Shown here piece by piece: positions 1 to 9,309 of a stretch of 64,000 nt of DNA (its first letter is position 1; every line of letters starts with the position of its first letter). The position numbers and the translations under genes were made by a program. The stretch lies in contig RXJX01000014.1 of assembly GCA_003963245.1 (NCBI GenBank), positions 164,894 through 228,893 of the forward strand, written 5' to 3'. Below the pieces are notes generated by a model that was given only the letters and a program-made list of their open reading frames with translations, ran no database searches and was not told where the DNA came from. The stretch is from Neisseriaceae bacterium. GTDB taxonomy: Bacteria > Pseudomonadota > Gammaproteobacteria > Burkholderiales > UBA11063.

Positions 1-1315
1 CTAACTCAGTTGCTAACTTATCCATTTGATCTTTATAACGAATAGTTTTAGATAGCAATCTATTTTTAGCTCGCTCTTGAAGCTCTTTGGCAACATCCTC
101 ATCAAAATCTTCAATCACCAGAAGGTCTTCAACATCAACGTATGCAACTTCTTCCAGCGAAGAGAAACCGTTATCTATCAACAACTCAGATATATCATCA
201 TCAACATCTAATGCATCGTTAAACATCGTGATTAAATCAGCGCGCTCATGTTGTTTTTTATCTTTAGCTTCAGTTTTACCAAAAATATTGATTGTACAGT
301 TGGTTAACTTACTCGCCAACCGAACATTAATACCATCAGGACCAATTGCTGAACCTAATTTGTCATCCTCAACAATTACATCAATAGTACGTTTTTCTTC
401 ATCAACTACCACGCTATCGATTTCAGCCGGAGCCAATGCGTTAAGTGCAAATTGAGCCAAATCGCTATCATAGTCAACCACATCAACTCGTTCACCAAAG
501 AGTTCCTTAGTAACACTGTCAATACGTTGATTTCTAAAACCAATTACTGCACCTTTAGCATCAATCCTAGCATCACCAGAACTAACTGCTACTTTAGAGC
601 GATTGCCTGCATCACGAGCGATTGCTTTAATTTCAATCCGCCCATTAGAAATTTCAGGTACGTTATTTTCTAAAAGTTTAGCTAAGAACCCAGTACTTGC
701 ACGAGAAATAGTCAAACGACCATTTTTAACTACTGGATTAGCTTTATCAAAGAATCCTTTTACTACATCACCAGGTTTTAAAACTTCTTTTTCAATTAAA
801 TCTGGTTTCATAATAATTGCTTCAATTTTACCGCAGTCAACAACTACGTTTCCACGTTCAAACTTACGTACTTTACCAACGATAATTCCATTATTACGCG
901 ATAAATATTCTGTCAGCACTTGCTCGCGTTCAGCATCTTTAATCCGCTGTGCAATAATATTGCGTGCAGTTTGCGCTGACACACGCCCTAAATCAACATT
1001 TTCAAGCTCTTCTTCAATTACATCACCAACTTTAACGTCACTACCATAACGCTCCGGATTTTCAGCGATATCAGATAAAGAAAGCTCTTTATCATCATCA
1101 TAAAAATCAATATCCGTTACAACATTCCATTTACGAATAGTTTTATATTTACCACTATGACGATCAATATGAACCTCAATTTCAGGAAACTCACCTTCAA
1201 AACTGCGTTTAGTAGCAAACGCCAAGGCTTTTTCTAAACTATCAAAAACTATTTCTTTGTCCAAGCTCTTTTCTTTAGCCAGCACATCAACCAGCATTAA
1301 TACTTCTTTACTCAT
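1..1315 (-). CDS. nusA: Transcription termination/antitermination factor NusA (3' end runs off the window)
   Basis: Missing from the ORF track because there is no stop in the window. ATG at 1315 overlaps the rimP stop (ATGA) and reads MSKEVLMLVDVLAKEKSLDKE, a typical NusA N-terminus. The frame is still open at positions 1-60 (LLSKTIRYKDQ). rimP-nusA synteny is conserved. Confidence 0.95.
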   Translation of the reverse strand, partial: MSKEVLMLVDVLAKEKSLDKEIVFDSLEKALAFATKRSFEGEFPEIEVHIDRHSGKYKTIRKWNVVTDIDFYDDDKELSLSDIAENPERYGSDVKVGDVIEEELENVDLGRVSAQTARNIIAQRIKDAEREQVLTEYLSRNNGIIVGKVRKFERGNVVVDCGKIEAIIMKPDLIEKEVLKPGDVVKGFFDKANPVVKNGRLTISRASTGFLAKLLENNVPEISNGRIEIKAIARDAGNRSKVAVSSGDARIDAKGAVIGFRNQRIDSVTKELFGERVDVVDYDSDLAQFALNALAPAEIDSVVVDEEKRTIDVIVEDDKLGSAIGPDGINVRLASKLTNCTINIFGKTEAKDKKQHERADLITMFNDALDVDDDISELLIDNGFSSLEEVAYVDVEDLLVIEDFDEDVAKELQERAKNRLLSKTIRYKDQMDKLATEL

Positions 1316-1773
1316 TTATTACCCCCTTTATTACTTTCTTTTGGTTTAGGTTCAAAAACTAATCTTCCACGACTAATACTTGCAAAGTCAACTTTAAACA
1401 CTTGCTTATCATCTAGCTCAAGGCTAACTATACTACCTTCAACAGCAATAATTCGTCCCTGAAAAACTTTTAAGCCATCAAATAATTCATTGGTTTTGAT
1501 TTTAGCTAACCGCCCCACAAAACGTTGATAGTCCTGAATTTTCTTTAATGGGCGTTCTAAACCTGGAGATGAAATTTCCAAGCGATTATAATCAATTTCT
1601 TCAACAACGAAAAGACGACTTAAATGATTGGAAACATCAGCGCAATCCTCAACACTAAGACCGCCCTCTTTATCAATAAATACACGAATAATTTTGGCTG
1701 GCGTAATTTCAATATCCACCAATTCAAAACCAAGTCCCGGAATCGTTTGCTCCAGTATTTGTTGTAACTTCAT
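1312..1773 (-). CDS. rimP: Ribosome maturation factor RimP
   Basis: IRVFIDKEGGLSVEDCADVS and YNRLEISSPGLERPL motifs; lies upstream of nusA. Confidence 0.96.
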   Translation of the reverse strand: MKLQQILEQTIPGLGFELVDIEITPAKIIRVFIDKEGGLSVEDCADVSNHLSRLFVVEEIDYNRLEISSPGLERPLKKIQDYQRFVGRLAKIKTNELFDGLKVFQGRIIAVEGSIVSLELDDKQVFKVDFASISRGRLVFEPKPKESNKGGNK

Positions 1774-1785
1774 TTTTTACCTAAC

Positions 1786-1812
1786 AAAAAAGTGAGCCTA
1801 AAGAGGCTCACT
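1786..1812 (-). terminator. Intrinsic terminator-like hairpin in the rimP-nusA leader
   Basis: Perfect 9-bp stem AGTGAGCCT-aaag-AGGCTCACT (1791-1812), followed by a 6-T run on the minus strand, 13 nt before the rimP ATG. Confidence 0.7.
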
Positions 1813-1836
1813 AGTTTTAATTTATTATACATCGCT

Positions 1837-1865
1837 ATTATAACAGAAATCGCATAAAATAACAA
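1837..1865 (-). promoter_or_regulatory. Sigma70 promoter for rimP-nusA
   Basis: Minus strand reads TTGTTA-17 nt-TATAAT with an extended -10 TG. Confidence 0.7.
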
Positions 1866-2035
1866 GCTAAATCAGCTCATCATATATATTGTGAATATAA
1901 GCTTCGCTATTTTCATGATAAGTCAAGTTATTACTCATTAATATTTCAAATACTATACCTATAGAATGATATTCTTCATTTTACCATGTTAAAATAGTTC
2001 AGATTGTAATTCGTTAATAAAAGGAGTCCTAGATA

Positions 2036-3176
2036 ATGTCAAAAAAACATTGAGAAATTTTGCATTATTTGCATTGTTGACTAGTCTATCAATATCTTGC
2101 ACATCAGGGAATGTCAACTCACTCAATTCATCGAGTATGTCGAAAACTTACGCTTACGTAATAGCACTCTCTGGCGACGAAAGTGACAACTTCTTTAATA
2201 AAACGTTAACCTATACACTTTCTGACAACGGGAAATTAACTCCAACTAACAATGCCATCATCAATAATGATATAAATGCGACCGTTATGGTTACTAATCC
2301 CAAGTTACCGTATGCATACATTGTTAATGATGATGGAGGAGCTGACGGAGGTTCAATAGCGATGTATAGCATAAGCGAGAGTGGAAACTTAATCCCACTT
2401 GATCCATTATTAGTAAGAACAGGGTTTAAACCGTACTCGCTAGCCATCAGCGCTAATGGCAATTATGGATATGTCGCCAATGATGACAGCACTATCTCAA
2501 TGTATTCAATTGTAAACGGTGCATTACTACCACTAACGCCAGAATCAGCACTATCTGAAAGCTTTGATTCTTCAATGGTGATCATCACACCTAATAGCAA
2601 ATATGCATATGCAAATAATTTTCTTAACAAATTACTATCTCGATGTATAATATTTCGACCAATGGTGCGCTCTCTCCAATGAGCGAATCTAGTATCTCAA
2701 CTCAAGCATTCCCTTATTATTTAACAATGCACCCATCAGGAAAATACTTATACTCCATAAATAGAGACGAAAATAGTATTAATATGTACAGTATCGATAG
2801 TAATGGATTCTTACAGCCGCTACAGCCTGAATCTTATATTGTAACCAATCCCCAACCTAAGTCAATGTCGATAAATTCATCCGGAACGGTAGCCTATGTA
2901 CTAAATGCGAATAATGAAATCTTAACTTACAGCATTAACAATAGCGGAGTTTTACAATTAGTCCCAAACACCACTATCGAAACAGGCGGAGAAACATCTA
3001 GCTTTACCATAGATCCCAGTGGAAAATACAGTTATATAACCGCTTTTGCGAACACAACTATGGTTACATACTCAATCGCCAATAGTGGAACATTAACTCA
3101 GTTATCTACTGAATCAGCTGGATATTTTAATAACTCAATTCCGATTGGCTTAACATTTTATGCCAATAGCAATTAG
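2036..3176 (+). pseudogene. Lactonase-family beta-propeller lipoprotein, interrupted by two apparent 1-bp deletions
   Basis: AAGGAG RBS then ATG at 2036. Adding one A to the A7 run (2041-2047) gives MSKKTLRNFALFALLTSLSISC (lipobox). Adding one A at 2629-2631 joins ORF 2050-2682 to ORF 2643-3176 (NKITISMYNISTNGAL). Repeated P.G.YAYV.N...ISMYSI..G.L blades occur on both sides of the break. Confidence 0.8.
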
Positions 3177-3187
3177 TTTTGATGACA

Positions 3188-3222
3188 AGGGTAGATTTTT
3201 ATTACAAATAAAAACCTACCCT
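3188..3222. terminator. Probable bidirectional terminator between the convergent lactonase-like gene and ppx
   Basis: AGGGTAGATTTTTA ... TAAAAACCTACCCT inverted repeat. Confidence 0.6.
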
Positions 3223-3239
3223 AAAAGATAAACATAGCG

Positions 3240-4757
3240 TTAATTATCGTCCTTAACTCCAACTAATTTTACTGTATAACCAAATGGAAGCCATTGCGCA
3301 ATTTCTTCATTTAACGAAAATAGTGTCAACGGATTATTGGTTAACCACTCTTTGCTCATTAATAAGCTAAAACCGGTTTTAGTTACATTATCTATTTTCA
3401 ATACTTCAATAAAATTAAAATCTTTGCGTCCACGATTTAAGATTACTGAAAGTCTAAATGAAATCAAAGCAAACACCACCGTCGTTTTAATCTTGTCTCG
3501 GTACATTTTACGAAGTTTTAAAAATATCTTACTTACACTACCACGATGAGCTTTAACCAATTCAGCGATAATCGTCTGTTCAGGCTTGGAAAAACCAGCC
3601 AAATCTGAATTCTGCAAAATATATGCGCCATGCTTATGATAATCATTATGTGAAATAGTCAAACCAATTTCATAGAGCTCACAGCCCCAGATCAATAATT
3701 TACGATTTTCATGATTGGTTTTTTCAGGGCGGATTAACTGGCTTTGCATATAAACAGCTAGGTTTGCAACTCGCTCGCCCTGAACTATATCAAGCCCATA
3801 CCGCTTTTTTAAATCAACAACCGTAACTTCACGCAAATCTGAATCGCTTTTTCTGCCCATCAAATCATACATCACGCCTTCGCGAAGTGAGCCATCAGCG
3901 ATAGTCATTTCCCGAATACCAAGCTCTTCAAAAATAGCCAGCATAATTGACAAACCACCCGCAATTACCGCACGTCTATCATCCTTGATTCCTGCAATTG
4001 TAATATTTTTAATTGATTTGGCGCGAATAAGCTTTTTCTTCAACTGCAGCATTCCATCATAACTTATCTGAGTTGACAAACCATTTTCAACGCACATATC
4101 ATACAAGGTTTTAGCCGTACCTGAAGTTCCAATTGCCAACAGCCAATCATGTTCAGCAAAGAGATGCTCCATACTCTGAATTTTACTTCTAGCAGCATAA
4201 ATCGCATTATTGAAATTAGCTTCAGTTAATTGCCCATCAGTGAAATAACGCCCAGTGTATGAAACGCAACCCATGGTAACACTTTCCATTATTTGTGGCT
4301 CGTAACCCTCGCCGATGATAAACTCAGTCGAACCACCACCGATATCAATTACCAAACGTTTTTCGGTCGTATAAGCCAATGAATGCATTGCGCCGATATA
4401 AATCAAACGAGCTTCCTCTTTTCCGGAAATCACTTCAATCGGAAAACCCAAAGCTTTATTGGCAATTGTGATAAATTCTGCTGCATTATTGGCAACCCGA
4501 AGCGTGCTAGTACCAACTACCCGCACTTGAGATTTCTTAAAGTTACTTAAACGTTCACTAAAACGAGTTAGAACTTCCAATGCAAATAGTTGAGATTCTT
4601 TAGTTAGATTATTTTTTGCATCCAAACCACTAGCCAAACGCACTGTTTCCTTGATCTGATCTAATGGAACAATCGTACCATCGTTATTAATTTTACCAAT
4701 TAATAACCGAAAGCTATTTGAACCAAGATCCACCGTTGCCAATAAATTAACAGTCAT
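3240..4757 (-). CDS. ppx: Exopolyphosphatase Ppx/GppA
   Basis: VDLGSNSFRL, IDIGGGSTE and SLREG motifs; 505 aa. Confidence 0.93.
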   Translation of the reverse strand: MTVNLLATVDLGSNSFRLLIGKINNDGTIVPLDQIKETVRLASGLDAKNNLTKESQLFALEVLTRFSERLSNFKKSQVRVVGTSTLRVANNAAEFITIANKALGFPIEVISGKEEARLIYIGAMHSLAYTTEKRLVIDIGGGSTEFIIGEGYEPQIMESVTMGCVSYTGRYFTDGQLTEANFNNAIYAARSKIQSMEHLFAEHDWLLAIGTSGTAKTLYDMCVENGLSTQISYDGMLQLKKKLIRAKSIKNITIAGIKDDRRAVIAGGLSIMLAIFEELGIREMTIADGSLREGVMYDLMGRKSDSDLREVTVVDLKKRYGLDIVQGERVANLAVYMQSQLIRPEKTNHENRKLLIWGCELYEIGLTISHNDYHKHGAYILQNSDLAGFSKPEQTIIAELVKAHRGSVSKIFLKLRKMYRDKIKTTVVFALISFRLSVILNRGRKDFNFIEVLKIDNVTKTGFSLLMSKEWLTNNPLTLFSLNEEIAQWLPFGYTVKLVGVKDDN

Positions 4758-4796
4758 GATTTCTCCCTGATTTTATTTTACTTTATTAAACTTCTT

Positions 4797-4921
4797 GCAT
4801 AAACAATTATTTTGTTCTTAGATTAGGAGTAAATTTTTTGAGGAGCGGAATGTACACAAGGTACATGAGCACCAGAAAAATATTTACGACGACGTATAAG
4901 GACTAAAGAAGCAGGTTATGC
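4797..4921. repeat. ~125-bp imperfect palindromic intergenic element abutting the rpiA stop codon
   Basis: Nested arms GCATAAAC/GTTATGC, TTCTTAG/CTAAAGAA and GTAAATTTTT/AAAAATATTTAC around a central hairpin ATGTAC-acaag-GTACAT (4850-4866). Confidence 0.6.
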
Positions 4922-5586
4922 TAAAAGTTTATTACTTCAACCACGCCATTACTACGCCCCAGCACTAATTCATTAGCACCGCGCATTGCAAATAATCCGT
5001 TGGTAACTACACCAACAATATTATTAATTTTTTGCTCTAGCTCAATTGGATTTAAAATTTGCAAGTTATGCACATCAATAATCCAATTGCCATTATCCGT
5101 AGTTACGCCTTCGCGCCAAACTGGCGTTCCGCCTAATTTAACTAACTCGCGTGCAACATAACTTCTTGCCATTGGGATAACTTCAACGGGCAAGGGAAAT
5201 TGCCCCAAAACTTTAACATATTTACTTTCATCAGCAATACAGATAAATTTTTTGGATGCTGCCGCAATAATTTTTTCACGAGTCAAGGCTGCTCCACCAC
5301 CTTTGGTCATATGTAAATTATGATCTATTTCATCTGCACCATCAATATATAAATCCAAGGTGCCTAATGAATTTAAATCATAGACCGCAATACCGTATGA
5401 TTTAAGCAATGCCGTTGATTGTTCAGAGCTTGAAACGGCGCCCTGAATTCGTCCTTTAATGCCAGCTAATGCATCAATAAAATATTTTACTGTGCTACCA
5501 GTCCCTACCCCCACCATCATATCATCATCGTTAATATATTTAATTGCATACTCACCAACCAATTTTTTTAATGCATTTTGATCCAT
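4921..5586 (-). CDS. rpiA: Ribose-5-phosphate isomerase A
   Basis: GVGTGST, DGADE and [12 protein letters not shown] motifs. Confidence 0.97.
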   Translation of the reverse strand: MDQNALKKLVGEYAIKYINDDDMMVGVGTGSTVKYFIDALAGIKGRIQGAVSSSEQSTALLKSYGIAVYDLNSLGTLDLYIDGADEIDHNLHMTKGGGAALTREKIIAAASKKFICIADESKYVKVLGQFPLPVEVIPMARSYVARELVKLGGTPVWREGVTTDNGNWIIDVHNLQILNPIELEQKINNIVGVVTNGLFAMRGANELVLGRSNGVVEVINF

Positions 5587-5609
5587 TAATTTATACCTTT
5601 ACTTATTAT

Positions 5610-6083
5610 TTACTTAACCAACAGTACAATAGCTTCCGCTATTGCCGCCTCGCCACGTCCGACTATGCCAATCTTCTCACTGGTTTTTGCTTTAATACTT
5701 ACCTGATCCAAACGTAAATTCAATAACTTAGCTATGGTTTCACGCATCGCGTCAATATAATCGCGTAATTTAGGTTTTTCGATAATAATCGTCGAATCAA
5801 TATTATTTACCACATAGCCGCGCTCAGTTATTAATTGATAAACATGAGCAAGAAGCTTCTTGCTATCTGCACCAGCATATTGAGGGTCAGTATCCGGGAA
5901 TAGATGTCCAATGTCTCCCAAGGCTGCCGCACCAATTAAGGCATCAATAATAGCGTGAATAAGCACATCAGCATCAGAATGACCATCTAATCCTTGGTGG
6001 TATGGAATCTCAACTCCACCAATAATTAAAGGGCGCCCCTCGACCAAGCGATGTAAATCAAAGCCTTGTCCAATTCTAAACAT
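5610..6083 (-). CDS. ispF: 2-C-methyl-D-erythritol 2,4-cyclodiphosphate synthase
   Basis: RIGQGFDLH, GHSDADVLIHA and LGDIG motifs; downstream of ispD. Confidence 0.97.
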   Translation of the reverse strand: MFRIGQGFDLHRLVEGRPLIIGGVEIPYHQGLDGHSDADVLIHAIIDALIGAAALGDIGHLFPDTDPQYAGADSKKLLAHVYQLITERGYVVNNIDSTIIIEKPKLRDYIDAMRETIAKLLNLRLDQVSIKAKTSEKIGIVGRGEAAIAEAIVLLVK

Positions 6084-6774
6084 AAATATTATCCTCTAAG
6101 TATGAATTTATAACTAATTCCGCTATTTGTAAATCAAACGGGAATGTAACCTTCAAATTTGGCTCACTACTCTCTATAATCTTCACAACTCCACCAGCTA
6201 ATTCGACAGCGCTCGCTTCATCCGTAACTAACGCTAAGTCAGCTCGAGATAGTGCATAGGTAAGCTCTTGATAACGAAACATTTGCGGGGTTTGTGCCAT
6301 ATAAATGTATTGCCGATCAAGTGTTTTTGAAACTTGTTTAGCAGAATCAACCTGCTTAATTGTATCCACTGCTTTAGTTGCCAAGACTCCACCGCTTGTG
6401 CCATTTTTTAATTGATTCACCAGCTTCCGGATATCATTTGGATGAATGCAGCAACGTGCCGCATCATGTACTAACACCCAATCATCCGGCATTAATTTTA
6501 GCTCACGTAAACCATTGTTAACACTCACAGCACGTGTTGCACCACCAACCTTAACAATTCTAACTTTAGTATATTTTGCAGCATAATCATCAATTAGCTC
6601 ATCATCAGGGCTTGCAACCAATAAAACTTGTTCAATTTCCATCACTGCTTCAAACGCGCGCAGAGTCCAATCCAAAACTGTTTTACCACATAAAGGATGA
6701 TACTGCTTGGCAAGCGCTGAACCAAAACGGCTTCCGCTTCCGGCACAAGGCAGTAATGCGATAAACTTACTCAT
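6076..6774 (-). CDS. ispD: 2-C-methyl-D-erythritol 4-phosphate cytidylyltransferase
   Basis: AGSGSRFG, VLVHDAAR, AQTPQMF and TDEASA motifs. Confidence 0.96.
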   Translation of the reverse strand: MSKFIALLPCAGSGSRFGSALAKQYHPLCGKTVLDWTLRAFEAVMEIEQVLLVASPDDELIDDYAAKYTKVRIVKVGGATRAVSVNNGLRELKLMPDDWVLVHDAARCCIHPNDIRKLVNQLKNGTSGGVLATKAVDTIKQVDSAKQVSKTLDRQYIYMAQTPQMFRYQELTYALSRADLALVTDEASAVELAGGVVKIIESSEPNLKVTFPFDLQIAELVINSYLEDNIYV

Positions 6775-7492
6775 TAATAAACTCTTTGGATTTATTGTAC
6801 CACACGCAAGAACCTTTGCTTGTCTTATCCAATTGTTTTAAATACTCAAAGTGAGCATGATGTTCTTCATCACTAAGTTTTGCCGCAATCAGGTTTAAAT
6901 CCGCAGAAGCAAAACTTTTGAATACTTTATTGGCGTTCGTTTGTTGTTTTGTTTCTTCAGCTAATAAACTAATTTGCTCTCGGGTTAAACCAATATAGAC
7001 ATGGGCTAACAACTCGCAATCAATTAATGCGCCATGATAACCACGATTGGAGCGATCCACATTGAAACGGTCACATAAAGCGTCTAGATTATTTTTAGCG
7101 CCAGGAAACTTATTGCGTGCCATAGTTAAGGTATCAATGGCAGTAGCTGCATAAGCAAGAGTTGGCTTTTTGCCTAATTCACTAAAATGATGATCCAAGA
7201 ACTTCAAGTCAAATTTAGCATTATGAATAATCAGCTCTGCACCATCGATATATTCAATAATTTGATCAACCCGCTCTTTAAAAACTGGTTCATGTACTAC
7301 ATCTTCCAATTTTATCCCGTGAACATTGGTTGCTTCTTGCGGTATATCCCGTTCAGGGTTAAAATAGAGATGCAAAGATTTGCCAGTTAACTCCCGATCA
7401 ATCATTTCTAATGCAGCAAACTCGATGATCCGATGCCCCTCACTGGGTTCAAAGCCAGTGGTTTCTGTATCTAATAATAATTGGCGAACCAT
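6767..7492 (-). CDS. dnaQ: DNA polymerase III epsilon subunit
   Basis: LDTETTG, IIHNAKFD and HGALIDC DEDDh exonuclease motifs. Confidence 0.95.
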   Translation of the reverse strand: MVRQLLLDTETTGFEPSEGHRIIEFAALEMIDRELTGKSLHLYFNPERDIPQEATNVHGIKLEDVVHEPVFKERVDQIIEYIDGAELIIHNAKFDLKFLDHHFSELGKKPTLAYAATAIDTLTMARNKFPGAKNNLDALCDRFNVDRSNRGYHGALIDCELLAHVYIGLTREQISLLAEETKQQTNANKVFKSFASADLNLIAAKLSDEEHHAHFEYLKQLDKTSKGSCVWYNKSKEFINE

Positions 7493-7495
7493 AAC

Positions 7496-7906
7496 TTAAA
7501 TCACCTTAAACTTGTATAACCAGCTCTTACAATTTAAACAAATATAATAGCGTGATTTAGATTGATTACCAAATAATCCGGTGTGAGTAATATGTTCAGC
7601 GCCACAAACATTACATAATACTTTACCATCACGATAAGCATTAGGATTATTTAATAAATACCCATCATAATCTGGTAAATTTTGATAACGCGAATATTTA
7701 CGGATAATTAACGCAGCATAAATAACCACTGCCAAAAGTAAAAACCAACCAATATTAATACTGAAGAAAATAATCAGGCTAAGCAAAACAACCCAAAATA
7801 AAATAAACCCAAAGCACCCAAACAAGCTTGGTAGGATAATCAAACTTAAAAGACTTAGCACCCCAAAAAAGATAAACCCACCAATGATTTCCATGATCAA
7901 CATCAT
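7496..7906 (-). CDS. Hypothetical membrane protein with a C-terminal zinc-ribbon
   Basis: Hydrophobic N-terminal half; CNVC...CLNC at the C-terminus; tightly packed between neighbouring genes. Confidence 0.65.
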   Translation of the reverse strand: MMLIMEIIGGFIFFGVLSLLSLIILPSLFGCFGFILFWVVLLSLIIFFSINIGWFLLLAVVIYAALIIRKYSRYQNLPDYDGYLLNNPNAYRDGKVLCNVCGAEHITHTGLFGNQSKSRYYICLNCKSWLYKFKVI

Positions 7907-7918
7907 AACACTTACTCT

Positions 7919-8587
7919 TTAATCAAAAAATTTTGTAAAAACTTCCAGTTCCTCACGCTCCGTACGATAACTATTAATCAACGCAGTTTTATCCTCGTAA
8001 CCCAACGCCATACCACACAATAAAATATCATCTTCTAGAGAATAGCCAAGATGCTCTTTGACAATCGCGGGGTATTCAGCCAATGCTGCCTGTGCACACG
8101 TTGCCAAACCTAACTCAGTTGCCATCAGCATTACTGATTGCAAAAACATTCCACAATCAAGATATGAGCCTTTTTCCAGCATTCTGTTAGTAAAGAAAAA
8201 TAAAACTACTGGTGCACCAAACGCGCTATAATTTTGTTCCCATTGTAATAATCTCTTATCGGTATCTTGACGAGTTATACCTAAGGTTTGATACATTTGC
8301 ATACCACAGGCAACACGCCTTAGCTGCATATCACGCGGTAACTTAGCTGGATAATAGTTATAGTCAAGATTTTTCTCTTGACCTGAACGAAAAGCAGCAA
8401 CTAATTTTTGGTCTAAGGCAGCTTTAGTTGCACCACTAACCACCGCTACTTGCCACGGCTGAGTATTGGTTCCCGAAGGAGAGCGCTTAGCATACTCAAG
8501 AATTTTAACAATATCATCATGTGCTGGCATTTTATCCAGAAATTTACGTACTGACTGGCGAGCTGCCAAAGCTTCATGAACTAACAT
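7919..8587 (-). CDS. Nitroreductase family protein
   Basis: RQSVRKF, SPSGTNTQPW and DCGMFLQSVML motifs; ATG at 8587 preferred over the upstream TTG. Confidence 0.9.
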   Translation of the reverse strand: MLVHEALAARQSVRKFLDKMPAHDDIVKILEYAKRSPSGTNTQPWQVAVVSGATKAALDQKLVAAFRSGQEKNLDYNYYPAKLPRDMQLRRVACGMQMYQTLGITRQDTDKRLLQWEQNYSAFGAPVVLFFFTNRMLEKGSYLDCGMFLQSVMLMATELGLATCAQAALAEYPAIVKEHLGYSLEDDILLCGMALGYEDKTALINSYRTEREELEVFTKFFD

Positions 8588-8617
8588 ATTTTGTTCCTTT
8601 TTTCGTTTCAAAACGCC

Positions 8618-9307
8618 TTACAAAGCAAAATCAACAGCAGCCAAGGCATGAATCCTTGCCGTTGCAAATAATGGCACCCTACAATCAGTTTGATTAATCA
8701 GCTGCTCAATCTCAGTACATCCTAATATAACACCGTCAGCACCGCGTGTAACTAATCTCTTTATTAAGTCTAGATAATATTGGCGGGAACTTTCACTAAT
8801 AACACCCTGACATAACTCATTATAAATAACATCATGAACCACTTTTCTCTCATCACAATCAGGAATAAGCACCTCAATCCCATAGTTATCACTCAAACGC
8901 TTCTTATAAAAATCCTGCTCCATCGTAAAGCGAGTACCTAATAAAGCAACCTTTTCTATTCCTGAAAGTTTGATCTGCTCAGCTGTAGTATCAGCTATGT
9001 GCAATAATGGGACTGTTACTGACTGTTGTATTTGATCAAAAACTTTATGCATAGTATTAGTTGCAACGATGATCAATTCTGCTCCTGCTAATTGTAGCGC
9101 ACGTGCAGTGTCACTTAAAATCAAAGCAGCACGCTCCCAGTCGCCATTTTTTTGCAATTGTTCAATTTCGGCAAAATCTACAGAATAAACAATACATTTT
9201 GCTGAATGATGTCCACCAAGCCGCCTCTTTACATCCTGATTAATAATCTGATAATAGCTCTGAGTTGATTCCCAACTCATGCCACCAATTATACCGATAG
9301 TTTTCAT
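8618..9307 (-). CDS. Aspartate/glutamate racemase family protein (YgeA/RacX-like)
   Basis: GIIGGMSWEST, ATNTMH and ILGCTEI motifs. Confidence 0.92.
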   Translation of the reverse strand: MKTIGIIGGMSWESTQSYYQIINQDVKRRLGGHHSAKCIVYSVDFAEIEQLQKNGDWERAALILSDTARALQLAGAELIIVATNTMHKVFDQIQQSVTVPLLHIADTTAEQIKLSGIEKVALLGTRFTMEQDFYKKRLSDNYGIEVLIPDCDERKVVHDVIYNELCQGVISESSRQYYLDLIKRLVTRGADGVILGCTEIEQLINQTDCRVPLFATARIHALAAVDFAL

Positions 9308-9309
9308 GG

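Noticed and set aside
87-1049. Plus-strand ORFs 87-455, 452-673 and 603-1049, and similar short antisense ORFs elsewhere (e.g. 20687-21073, 12532-12792, 32908-33276, 50655-50951)
   Set aside because: These are shadow frames opposite or inside well-supported genes, with no motifs.
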